Source: Nemertoderma westbladi (lineage: Eukaryota; Animalia; Xenacoelomorpha). From it: DNA of 40,353 nt. The translations under genes were made by a program, and so were the position numbers. The number at the start of each line of letters is the position of its first letter. Position 1 is the first letter of the stretch. The notes below the pieces were generated by a model. It made no database searches and was not told the DNA's origin. It saw nothing but the letters and a program-made list of their open reading frames with translations. The stretch covers positions 1 to 40,353 of the forward strand of contig JAUCBJ010008546.1 in assembly GCA_032718475.1 (NCBI GenBank). Reading direction: 5' to 3'. Positions 30,372-40,353 of this stretch are shown in pieces.

Positions 30372-32030
30372 ATGGAGTCGGCAGCTGCGAAAGAAGTTGG
30401 ATTTGCGACGATGGGATTGGACGATCGCTTGTTGAAGGCGATATCGTGGTTGGGTTGGAACAAACCGACGTTGGTACAAGAGAAAGCAATTCCGCTGGCG
30501 CTGGAAGGTAAGGATATACTGGCGAGAGCTCGGACCGGTACCGGTAAGACGGGAGCGATGACGATACCGATGCTACAGAAACTACTTCTAAGAAAGAAAC
30601 TCAAAAACCAACGGTGTATATCCACGCTGATACTAGCTCCCAGCAAGGAGCTTTCCACCCAAATCCACTCGAATATAGTCGGTTTAACTCGATGCTGTCA
30701 GCGGGATGTCCGTGTTCTAGACATATCCTCGGATTGCGACATCGACGAACAAAAACAACTCCTTAAAGATCTTCCCGATATTGTTATTGGAACTCCTAAA
30801 AGGATTGCCAGCCACATTAAGGCCGCCAATATGCTTTTAGATCAACTCAATACAGTTTGTTTGGATGAAGCTGATCTTTTATTCTCCCTCGGTTTCGAGA
30901 GCGACGTTAAGTTTATTATAGATAAACTCCCGAGCGTTTATCAAGCTTTTATGATGTCTGCAACGTTTAATTCCAATGTTAAGTCCATCCGTAAAGTTAT
31001 CCTTCACAACCCAGTGGTGTTGAAACTCAAAGAGAGTCGTTTACCTGAGTCGAATCAACTCGATCAGTTTCATATCGTTTGCAAAGACGACCTCGATAAA
31101 TTCCTTATTATTTGCGCTATTTATAAACTCAAACTACTCCGTGGTCGCTCCATTATATTCGTTAGTTCGGTGGACCGCTGCTATAAAGTCAAGTTGTTTC
31201 TCGACTTATTCAACGTTAAGTGCTGCGTGTTAAACGGGGAACTTCCATTGGAGACGCGATGCCATGTGGTGTCCGAGTTTAATGGGTTGAAGTACAATCA
31301 CATTGTGGCCACGGACACCAAGGCTAAAGGCTCAGAGTACTGCGTGTCCAGGGGGATCGACTTCCAGCAGGTGGACAACGTGGTCAATCTGGATCTCCCG
31401 AAGGATCTCACCGGATACATTCACCGGATCGGTAGGACTGCCCGCGGCGAGCGGTGTGGCACCGCGGTCTCACTGACTCTACCCGAGCAACTGCCTCTAC
31501 TCCGATCCATAGAGGAGGCTTTGAGTAGCGAGTTGGAGCAGAACGAGACGGTAGTTAAATCATTTACGTTTAAGATGGAAGAGATTGAAGGTTTGCGATA
31601 CAGAGTTGAGGACGCCTACAGGTCTGTTAACAAACACGCGGTCTTTCAATGCAGGATGAAGGAGATACGAGCTGAAATGATCAACTCTATTAAATTGAAG
31701 ACTTTCTTTGACGAGAATCCCAGGGACTTACAACTTCTGCGGCAGGATCGACAGAGGAAACCAAATCGTTTGAAGCAGCATCTACAACATATTCCGGACT
31801 ATCTGGTTCCTCAAGGTCTCAAAGATTTACAGGTTGATGAACCGAAGAACGAGGCGAAAGAGGTTCGAGAATCGAAGAAAAGGAGGAAGAAGAATCGTAA
31901 GAGGAAACGTACGGAAGAATCTGTGCCTCGTAGGAATACGGAAGAGGCGTCTAAACGGAAAGCGAAACGACCTAGGTTAACTGATAAAGACCCACTGAGA
32001 TCCTTAAAGATTGGTGATCGCAAACTCTAA
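30372..32030 (+). CDS. DDX56: DEAD-box RNA helicase DDX56/DBP9 (60S biogenesis), single uninterrupted 552-aa ORF
   Basis: GLDDRLL..I..LGW.KPTLVQEKAIPLALEGKD, ARARTGTGKT, LAPSKEL, LDEAD, MSAT, SRGIDF, YIHRIGRTARG, plus DDX56-typical FF.ENPRDLQLLR, HIPDYLVP and the terminal DPLRS. Confidence 0.95.
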   Translation: MESAAAKEVGFATMGLDDRLLKAISWLGWNKPTLVQEKAIPLALEGKDILARARTGTGKTGAMTIPMLQKLLLRKKLKNQRCISTLILAPSKELSTQIHSNIVGLTRCCQRDVRVLDISSDCDIDEQKQLLKDLPDIVIGTPKRIASHIKAANMLLDQLNTVCLDEADLLFSLGFESDVKFIIDKLPSVYQAFMMSATFNSNVKSIRKVILHNPVVLKLKESRLPESNQLDQFHIVCKDDLDKFLIICAIYKLKLLRGRSIIFVSSVDRCYKVKLFLDLFNVKCCVLNGELPLETRCHVVSEFNGLKYNHIVATDTKAKGSEYCVSRGIDFQQVDNVVNLDLPKDLTGYIHRIGRTARGERCGTAVSLTLPEQLPLLRSIEEALSSELEQNETVVKSFTFKMEEIEGLRYRVEDAYRSVNKHAVFQCRMKEIRAEMINSIKLKTFFDENPRDLQLLRQDRQRKPNRLKQHLQHIPDYLVPQGLKDLQVDEPKNEAKEVRESKKRRKKNRKRKRTEESVPRRNTEEASKRKAKRPRLTDKDPLRSLKIGDRKL

Positions 32031-32326
32031 CTTGCGCTAATTGTATCATATTTACTTATTGGCCTGTAAATTTTCTAGATAGATGTCCTATGAAATAATT
32101 GTGGGCGTGGTCGTTGTGTGGGCGTTAACTAACTCCATCTCGAATTGTGGCCAAATGTATGCACCGTGGTCAGTGTATAGTGTATATTATTGCTGCGAAT
32201 AGAGTACTTTATATCAATACTCGTTTGACGAGTTTCCATGATATCAGTCAATAATAATAATTTAAGCACGGTCTATCGGTCTATTCTTTGAAAGCGCATT
32301 TGCTTTTCTTAAACTAAAACTTTGTA

Positions 32327-33273
32327 CTACTACTAGGATCGGCATGCTGCATTGCAGCTGTATTTTTAAGAATGCTGTGCCGGCTTGTCAACAAAATTGC
32401 ACCGCCACAACTCCCTATCACCCATGACATTTGCTAGATCATCCGCATCTTCAAGGCCAGTGTCCTTTAAGATGCGTCTCAAGAAAGTCATGGGCTGTCC
32501 ACAATGCTTATTCACTCCATGAGGATGCCAAAGTACAAGATTATGCACTGGCTGGTCCTCACGGCGAAAGCAATGTCCTGCAAAGCGGAGGCGATTTTGT
32601 GCTAGTGTCAAGCTTGGGGGAACCAAATTAGACACCTCCAATGTTATATAGTGTCTGGTTGGAGATGTGTGCATTGTACTTGACACAATGAACCCAGCAT
32701 GGACTCCCATAGAAGAGTACTGGAACTACTGCTGCTCTAAATAATCGGACCTTAAGTTTCCGATTAATTCTCGGTGACTTCCAAATCCTGGAAAGCATAT
32801 TCAAGGCTGCCCATGCCTTTCCCTTACGTATTCGAAGGTCCTCACCTGACTTCCGGATCCATGATCCGGTCGCAATGGAGTCAGATATGAGGCCCATCAC
32901 CCATATCTACTCTGGCACACATGACCCACCATTGGCTGTTGCAGCTCATCTGCTGGGTCATGCCCTGTACCCTTGCTGCCAGGTGCAGGTCGCAGTGAAG
33001 TGCTCTCAGAGTGGACATGAGGACACTCTACTCCTGACCAGCCATTGGTAGATCACCATCTGCCTGGTCAGGCCATATACCCCTGCAGCCAAGTATATGG
33101 GTCCTTAATCCAGGACCAAGGGCGTCCTTATCCCAGAACGAAGGGGGTCCTAGTTACAGGACCAGATTTGCCCTAGTAAGAGGGTCTATGCAGCTACAGG
33201 TGGCACCTCCTTTATGCTGCACGGAGGTGGCAAGTTTTCTTGATCAATGACCAAGAATACCTGACCTGACCAT
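32327..33273 (-). mobile_element. Bipartite non-autonomous RTE-type retroelement (putative 5' region fused to the 3' end of RT)
   Basis: 32867-32366 matches the other RTE copies. (TAG)n tail; 9-bp TSD AACTTTGTA at 32318-32326 and 33274-33282. 32868-33273 is GC-richer and hairpin-rich, with no long ORF. Confidence 0.8.
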
Positions 33274-33369
33274 AACTTTGTAGGACTGAGTGAAAAATGA
33301 AAAAAGTAAAAGGAATGAAAAAAGTTGACTTTTCTTACAGACAGACTTCTACAATTCGCCTGTCTACTG

Positions 33370-34140
33370 TTAGGGGGCTACGTGTCTAAACAATAAATGT
33401 CCTCCCATTTCATTGGTTTTAATCCGTTCAAGATGAAACCTGGCAGATATGTTCTTGAACATAAGCTGTTGTCTTTCAAAGGTGGTTAATCCGTGATATG
33501 TGAAGTGAAGCGAAATCCTCCCTCTCCCATTAACTTCGTCATTTATGATCCTTCCAAGCTGAAACTTGAGGATATTTACTATAACACAACATCGTTCTTT
33601 ATGGGGAGGGTAACCGGTTTGCAGTTCTCCAGTCTGCCTCAAGGAGGCGAAATGGATAAAGTATCAACCTTGTCCCATATCCATGATATTAATCCGTTTA
33701 AGCTGAATCTTGGCATATGTACTAAACCACATGATGCGTTTTTGTGAGGAAGGTAATCCGTCTGTATTTATCCCGTCTGCCGCTAGAGGTCAAAAGACCT
33801 GAAGGTTAAAAGATGCCCCAGTTTCCATTATTTTCATCTATTTAATGAATTTGGCATAGTAGCTGTTGCACTAGAAAAGGGGTTAGTGACAAAAACAATA
33901 GTTTTTGAGTTAGTTGCTGGTTCTGATCGAGAATTTTCCGGGATTTCTAATATATACGTTTATTTGATTTCAGCTGATTGTCACTGCTTCCTGCTTAAAT
34001 AACCCAATTTTGGTGACATTCTGGTGCTCCAGAACGCTAAGTACAAGTAGCACAAATTTATACATTGTTAAATTTTGCCGTTGGTTTGCTAATTCTGAAG
34101 CTATCCTGGTTTTCAAGGTCGCTGATCACGATACAACTCA
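33370..34140. mobile_element. Decayed non-autonomous element(s) with recurring AATCCGTTCAAG(A/C)TGAAAC(C/T)TGGCA-like motifs, possibly Helentron/HINE-like
   Basis: Related motifs at ~33421, ~33547 and ~33691. Boundaries and family are uncertain. Confidence 0.35.
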
Positions 34141-35004
34141 TTAAAAATTATTCGTGGTAACGCAACTATCATTTTTGTCATTTTTATCAACTATCATGTT
34201 TGTCCGCTGGGGCATAAAATACAAGTAGCAAAATATTTCAAACGGCAAAAATCCCATTATGTCTAAAAATCAGGTTGTTTTGTTAATGATTTTGGACTAT
34301 CAAATTTGGGTTACTTGTATTTTTCGTGCCGCACATTGACACATCCAAAAAAGCCGTAATCAACAAGGTACGATATAATATGGTGAACTAGTTAGTAGCT
34401 TTATTAATTGCAATTAATAAATATTTGAAGGGCAATCTGAAATTACCTGTGTTTTTTACTACCAATTTAACGCAAACTGAAAGCCCCATTCATTGATATT
34501 TTTGGAAATGCGTTTTCGTAGATCTAATGGAGATTAGAACACTTTCTTATATAGGCTCTCGTGCTGCGTGAAGGCCTCACAACGTGTAATTCCTACGTAC
34601 GAAATTTCATCACTTCTAGCAGATTCTGTGATTCGAAGAATTAATTTAAATCCGCCTAGAACATCGATATTGTCGAACTCGAACTGTTCCAACAAAACCT
34701 AACGGATGGTAGACCAAATTTTAAATGTGTTTATTGTTTTGTTTAGAAACACATGCGATGTAACATGCTCCCACCCTACCCCCTGGTATATTTAATAATA
34801 ATGAGCCCTGTTACTTACATACACTAAGATAAGTTTTTTGTGACCATACTCCTTCCTCCATAGATGGGCTAACTGAGGATCTCGATATGGTCAGTTGGGC
34901 TGATAGGGGGACACTTTTGACGCAATTAAAATACCCCTCTCCAGGGGAATTTCGACGCCAATATCAGCTGTTTCCTCCCAAAAGTAACACTGTAGACTGT
35001 TCTA

Positions 35005-35576
35005 TTGACTTTTATTGTTGAGTTTCTATTTATTGTTATTGTTTTGGGTAGAATAACCTGCTCCTTTCCCTAAATTGGGAATTTAACAATGAGGCGGGAT
35101 ATTAATTCGCCAAGGTGGGTTTTTCGTCCAGCCCCCCCCCCCCCCTCCCCCCCTGTTGGGTAGGTGAATAGTTTATCCATTTATTTCACTGGCTTAGTGC
35201 CTTCACTCTACTGTATGATGCTGGAACTATATTGTTAAGACCGTTCTGATAAAACTTTTTATATATACGCTCTCGGCAATAGTTGGTTGCCGTAACTCGC
35301 AAGTTCGCACAATATTTGTTGGCTTCGAGGATTCAATGATTTCATAATTTTTATTGAATTACAAATGACTAGGAATGACAATGAAAGAGTAAGCAAGTAG
35401 CTACGTATAACTCAGTTAATGTCTTTTATATTAATAGTTGAATGGAGCGGGGGGGGGGGGGGGTGGTGTATGCTCGGCGAATTAAATATCTTGTATCAAT
35501 GTTCAATTACAAATGAAGGGAAAGGAGCAGGTTACAGCTATGCGTTATTCTAACCAAAACAATAAAGGAAAGTCAA
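35005..35576. repeat. ~100-bp imperfect inverted repeats flanking a ~365-bp spacer bordered by poly-C and poly-G
   Basis: ATTGTTTTGGGTAGAATAACCTGCTCCTTTCCCT...AATTCGCC versus GGCGAATT...AGGGAAAGGAGCAGGTTA...TTATTCTAACCAAAACAAT. A third partial arm lies at ~35933-35990. Confidence 0.65.
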
Positions 35577-36216
35577 CCCCTGCATGAATTTTGATTCATT
35601 GATTTTGAATTTGATTGCGTGTATTGTGCCGTCACCACCATCACCCCTCCCCCCCCAATATCGTATAATGACGATTAAGACACCGTTTTGGTCCGGGGTG
35701 GTGTATTTTCTTTGTTAACACGCGGATAAATTGTAGAGACAACGGTTTATGTTGCCCCCGTCGCCGAAAGGAAATTCAGTAAAACTGCTGCCATTGGCTG
35801 TTTAATAGTCCATCGCATCGTAGATATAATAATATCATTACGTTCTACAGATAAAATCGGGTTATGATATTCGACTATAATATGAGACAGGGGGGGGGGG
35901 GGGGGGGGGGATTTGATGCAAATCCAAAATCAGCGAATTCCTCTCTCGTCTCACTGTTAAATGATCAATTAAGGGAAATGAGCAGGTTACAGTGGCAGGT
36001 TATTGTAACCAGCACATTAAATCTCAAGGTATTAGAGCGGAGAGCAATCAGCTGTTATTTGCCTATTATTTTTTTATTGCATCGAAAGATCCCCCCCTCC
36101 CCCATCCGTAGAATGTATTCTAAATAAAGCTGTTATAATTTTTCGTATAATTTTTTGTCACCAAATCGTAGCTCGTGATATGTTCCTGTCCATACACTAT
36201 ATATTGTTGCTTTTAG

Positions 36217-36431
36217 GTTGTGAGGGAACGTGATGCCATGGCTTTATCTCATAGTCCATTCGTTGTTAGAATCTACTATAGTCTCCAAACCAACATCTAC
36301 GTGTTCCTTGTAATGGAGTATCTTATTGGTGGAGACATTAAATCGTTGCTCAAGGTCTTTGCGTTTTTTGAGGAGGATATGGCCTTGTTTTACATATCAG
36401 AGGTCGCCATTGCCTTGGACTATCTCCACCA
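36217..36431 (+). CDS. MASTL: Greatwall/MASTL kinase, third coding exon
   Basis: Acceptor TTGCTTTTAG|; [25 protein letters not shown]...[16 protein letters not shown]...[21 protein letters not shown]. Joins exon 2 in frame (NMTNQ|VVRERD). Donor CA|GTAGGT, phase 2. Confidence 0.93.
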
Positions 36432-38682
36432 GTAGGTACAATATAATATACTTACATATTTATCATTTATAATTATTTATTCTTTAATTGGATTTTCTCA
36501 TATTTTATGTTGTAAAATTTATAGGCACCAAAAAATTGGTATATCTTGGTGTATACATTTTTCGAACTAGATAAATCACTCTTTTAATTTCGATATTAGT
36601 TTGTAGTTAATTCGGTTTATATTTTTATTTAGGTACTTTTTGGACCGATTACAGGCTAAAACCTACCTTTTTTTTTTACCTGGGTAAACGTACCTCATAT
36701 TATTGTTATTGTATGTATTTGATTGTAAGTTGCTCTTATTTTACATTGAGCAAGGCAGCATCAGGAGTTGAAGAGTTAATAATAATTGGATTCGTGGTTA
36801 CTTATGAAGTAAAGTCTGAATTATTCATATTTCAATTTATATTGTTATCACTATTTCATTATATATTTTATCACAATTACAGAATCCAGCGTTTGGAATG
36901 TGCTTTAAGAATAATATTGTATACTACATTGGGAAAAACGTATCAGCAGATTTTCGCCTTTCTCTGTACATTTGTTTTTTTGCCTTCATCATATGGTGGG
37001 AAAATGTTCCAATTTTTCACCATTAAAAATTCATTTATTTCCAAAGTTTCTAACTTTTCAATTACGACCGCGCACTCGAATGATGTATTGGCACGTAAAA
37101 CTTTAAGGAATTAAATGTCAAATATTTTGGTCAAAGTTTTAAAATTTGAACCGCTAAACGGATTTCTGTCATTCAAGTATCGTTCGAAAGCTAATTTTTT
37201 GCTCTTTAACATATATAAATTGTAAAATTGTAGCACATATTTAATTATACACAACATGAGAAAGTAAATCCCAAAATACATAAAAACGTAGACTTGTCAA
37301 TGATTTGTGTTGTTTTGGAAGTGGTGGCGTCATAATAGATCGAAAATGAAGAATTAAAAACACGTTTATGCAAATATATAACATACCTATGTGATCCTCA
37401 TATAATTTACAGTTCAGTAAAACTACTTGCATTACATTAGCATCGATTTTATCGCGACAGGAAACCCAAGTATAAAGTATAAGGAGATTTTATGTGTCGT
37501 AAAACCTCTGTAACCACTTTATTTTCATAAAAAAATTATATCTTGAAATTTCAGTGTTAAATTTCATATATAATTTTTCTATACTAAAATTGTATGTTCT
37601 ATTCGGTGGAACCATCCAAAATATCATATCTACAGTATTAGCGGTATGAAATTGGGATAAAGTTTATTACAACTACGCGAAATATAGAGACAAGCTGTCT
37701 TGGAAATCAAAATTCAAGGCTATAAAAAAAATCAGAGACTGTCCTTAAAAATCCCCGGTTATGCTTCCAAGACTACACATATTGTTAGGCTTCATATGCA
37801 TTAAGTGTCATATTTTTAATGAATTGTAGTTTGGCTACAGGAGCTAGAATCTCCAACAGACAATTATTAAATAAGTAGTCTTGTCAACGTAGACTTGCCA
37901 AATATTGAGTGGTTTTGTCCATAAATATGGTAGTCTTGTAACAATGCCTTCGTGAATACTGTATATAAATTATTGGACAAGTTTACATATTTTTCTTGAC
38001 AAGTTACATATGAAATGCGTAACTTGTCAACAATAATCCCATAGGCGTACAGGACGGGAGGCATTCTCTATGGGCCGAAATTGCAGGCATAATGAAGAAT
38101 GAAGGGCAAAATTGTTGAGTATTAAAGCTTTTTCCAACAGTATTATATTACTGCAGAGGTAAAGGTCCACTGTTATATACCGAACGGTAATATACAAGCG
38201 TTAGTTTTATCAAACTATTATTACATTGTTTAAAACGTTTGATTTAAATGTGCAAAATCCCAACATTGTTAAAAAAATGTCAATTTTGCCCCCCCCCCCC
38301 CCCCCCCCCTCCCAGTGGAAATGGTTCCCGTACTCTTATGACTAGTCCCGTAGCCTTTGTCCACCGATAATTAATAATAATTACATGGTTGTATAATGTA
38401 GGCAAGATTTACATACTTTATGAACGTGGAGTACGGATATCACCGAGTATTCTCGTTCTAGAGGTTAGGGACATAATATAAAAGGAGCCTGTTTGCACTA
38501 TTAATTGTCCTGCGGTTGAAGGCCTAATATCGAAATTATGTAATTTAGTTTGATTGTTAATCAATTTTATATAAATGTAAACGTAATTCTGTTAAATGTA
38601 TATATTTTGAATGTTTGGATATTGAAAGATCTATCTATACTGAAAGCAGATTTCATTATGTCGTATAATTTATGTAGAGTCT

Positions 38683-39301
38683 GTTCCGTTATGCCCGGGT
38701 CGGGGTCACACATGAGTTTTCAACATTCAACTTAGCATTAGATAGATAGATAGATTTATTTATACATTATGTTAAAACAATAACAAATACACCAAACAAT
38801 GTACCGGTATAAAGGTATTGTCCAACATAACATATAGGATTACCCCTAAAGCTTTGCAGCTTATTTCCAAGTGGGTCCTTTATGTTACTTGGTTACAAAT
38901 ACAATATTACACTACGCTAACCTAAAACTAATATAAAACGTAATTACACTATGTACATGTACAACTTTACGTGACAACTTTACGTGAGCGTGACAATGTC
39001 CGACTCAACGATAAACATGTAATGTATAGAACAATTTAATATAAAACGTAATTACAGTATAAATAGTAAATAATGAATAAACTAATAACTTACTGTAGGA
39101 CTATTGTACCTATTTTTACATTGCACACGGAGGTGAGATTTAACCTGAGATTTACCGGAGGTGAGCATTAAAAGATAGAACATATTGTAGCCCATGGGGA
39201 CGTTCACACATAAACAGTTAACTTTCAACATTCAACTGTCAACATGCACAAGTCCTACAGTATGTTCTATCTTCATGTGTGATCCGCCGGGCTTAGCGGT
39301 A
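38683..39301. mobile_element. Small inverted-repeat element interrupted by a LINE tail
   Basis: CCGTTATGCCCGGGTCGGGGTCACACATGA versus TCATGTGTGATCCGCCGGGCTTAGCGG. Internal inverted repeat AAGATAGAACATATTGTAG / CTACAGTATGTTCTATCTT. Confidence 0.5.
38741..39163 (-). mobile_element. LINE 3' UTR fragment (L2/Crack-like) with (ATCT)n tail
   Basis: Minus strand reads GGACCCACTTGGAAATAAG...AATAAATCTATCTATCTATC. 7-bp TSD AGCATTA at 38734-38740 / 39164-39170. Confidence 0.65.
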
Positions 39302-40353
39302 ATTGTTTGATTGTGAATGAACTGAACATTAGCTACGTAGTGCTTAATGATGAAATACTCTGTAATAAGCAAGTTTCCAAGGTTACAATGTAGTCTTGGA
39401 AGTTGTACAAGACTACAGAATGTAGACTTATCATGCGTAGACTTGTCTGCGATTTGTAGTCTGGGAGACGCCTTGTTAAATTTAACCACATTTTATTTTT
39501 TAATTTGTCCTGTCTTAATTAACTTTATCTCTGAATAGCACTAAAAAAAGAGAAAATCTTTTGAAATATGTATAATATGTCATGCTTTTGAAAACTTTAT
39601 GTTTTGACCACTTTTTTCGGCTTAAAGTGTTAAGTGCCAATAAAACAAAAATTTTTAGTGTGTTGATGAAATTTATAACTAAATTATGACTTATGGATTG
39701 TAATAACGTAAGGAATTCTGTTATTAAATGAAATGTTGAATTTTAGAATAAAATGCTTAGGAGGAAACTCGTGAAAAAGGTTATCCTTTACGATTGATCC
39801 CCTTGTGATAATATCACCCGAAATTCTGCAAGGTTTACTTTCTCGCTGTAAATCGATCTTTCGTCAACGTTATCGGTGCAATTAGTGGATAATTTGTAAC
39901 AAATTTATTAGGCTGTGAAATAATTCGATCACATTTGAACTCTTATAAAAATCCGACATCATTAACCCCGTCCATGGCGTCTTATCTGATTGTCTGAGTG
40001 TAGAATATGCGGAACCGTTTAACACTACAACATCACAGATTGCTTTAATTACCCGTCTTCATTTCTCCCTAGGCTTAAAGCATGGCCCCCAGATATATCT
40101 GTAATCACTGATAATCCATAATCAAAATATGTTGAAGTTGTACAGCTGATCGCCCGTGTAGTGACTACTGAGTGAAGCAGCTCAAGGTTTTATTGGCATG
40201 TCTGGATGTCTCATTTTGTTGTTTCTGACTAAAGAAGGCCCGGGGCGTGAGTGTCGGAAGTTGTAACGTTGTCATTATTATGGTTTCGCGGAAAGGCAAA
40301 CGTGTGAGCTGGGTGGGTGGACGTTTGTCTGTTTATAGGTTTATATGTGGTCG

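Noticed and set aside
9895-30372. In-frame MASTL-DDX56 fusion by splicing exon 2 to AGs just before the DDX56 ATG
   Set aside because: The nearby acceptors (TATAG|CAGTAG, GCAG|TAG, CTATAG|AATG) give an immediate stop or the wrong frame.
33170-33273. HDV-like ribozyme at the 5' end of the RTE derivative (known in some RTE 5' UTRs)
   Set aside because: I could not build a convincing P1/P1.1/P3 fold by eye; simple hairpins (TTCTTGGTCA/TGATCAAGAA, CACCTCC/GGAGGTG) explain the pairing. A covariance-model search would settle it.
36713-37114. 133-aa hydrophobic ORF and similar short AT-rich ORFs (793-1056, 7452-7779, 17232-17695)
   Set aside because: No recognisable motifs; composition is as expected for AT-rich intronic or repeat DNA.
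36432-40353. Next MASTL exon (HRDLKPDN catalytic loop)
   Set aside because: Not found by eye; probably beyond the window. The TAG at 36433 lies in the intron donor, so it is not evidence of a pseudogene.

Overview
Eukaryotic (probably invertebrate animal), AT-rich and repeat-dense DNA. The host gene is a Greatwall/MASTL kinase on the + strand. Three coding exons are visible (8626-8694, 9800-9895, 36217-36431), and they splice in frame. Its ~26.3 kb second intron holds an intact, intronless, same-strand DDX56/DBP9 helicase gene (30372-32030) and stacks of nested transposable elements. The standout is an apparently full-length 9.5 kb APE-RT LINE (19291-28838, 6-bp TSD). Its ~1925-aa ORF1 combines an N-terminal SAP domain, ~780 aa of 10-aa tandem repeats, a PAM2-like PABP-binding motif, a Ulp1/SENP (peptidase C48)-like domain, a coiled coil, an RRM-like domain and an Asn/His/Tyr-rich tail. 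This LINE sits inside a 5'-truncated antisense relative, which in turn splits a TIR element carrying a 21-bp palindromic array. Also present: a 5.3 kb 24-bp satellite that seems to have grown inside a SINE, a Harbinger deletion derivative nested in a Tc1/mariner-like element, three RTE-type copies (one bipartite with a TSD), other LINE/SINE fragments and foldback elements. All calls come from reading and hand-aligning the sequence; no database search was run.
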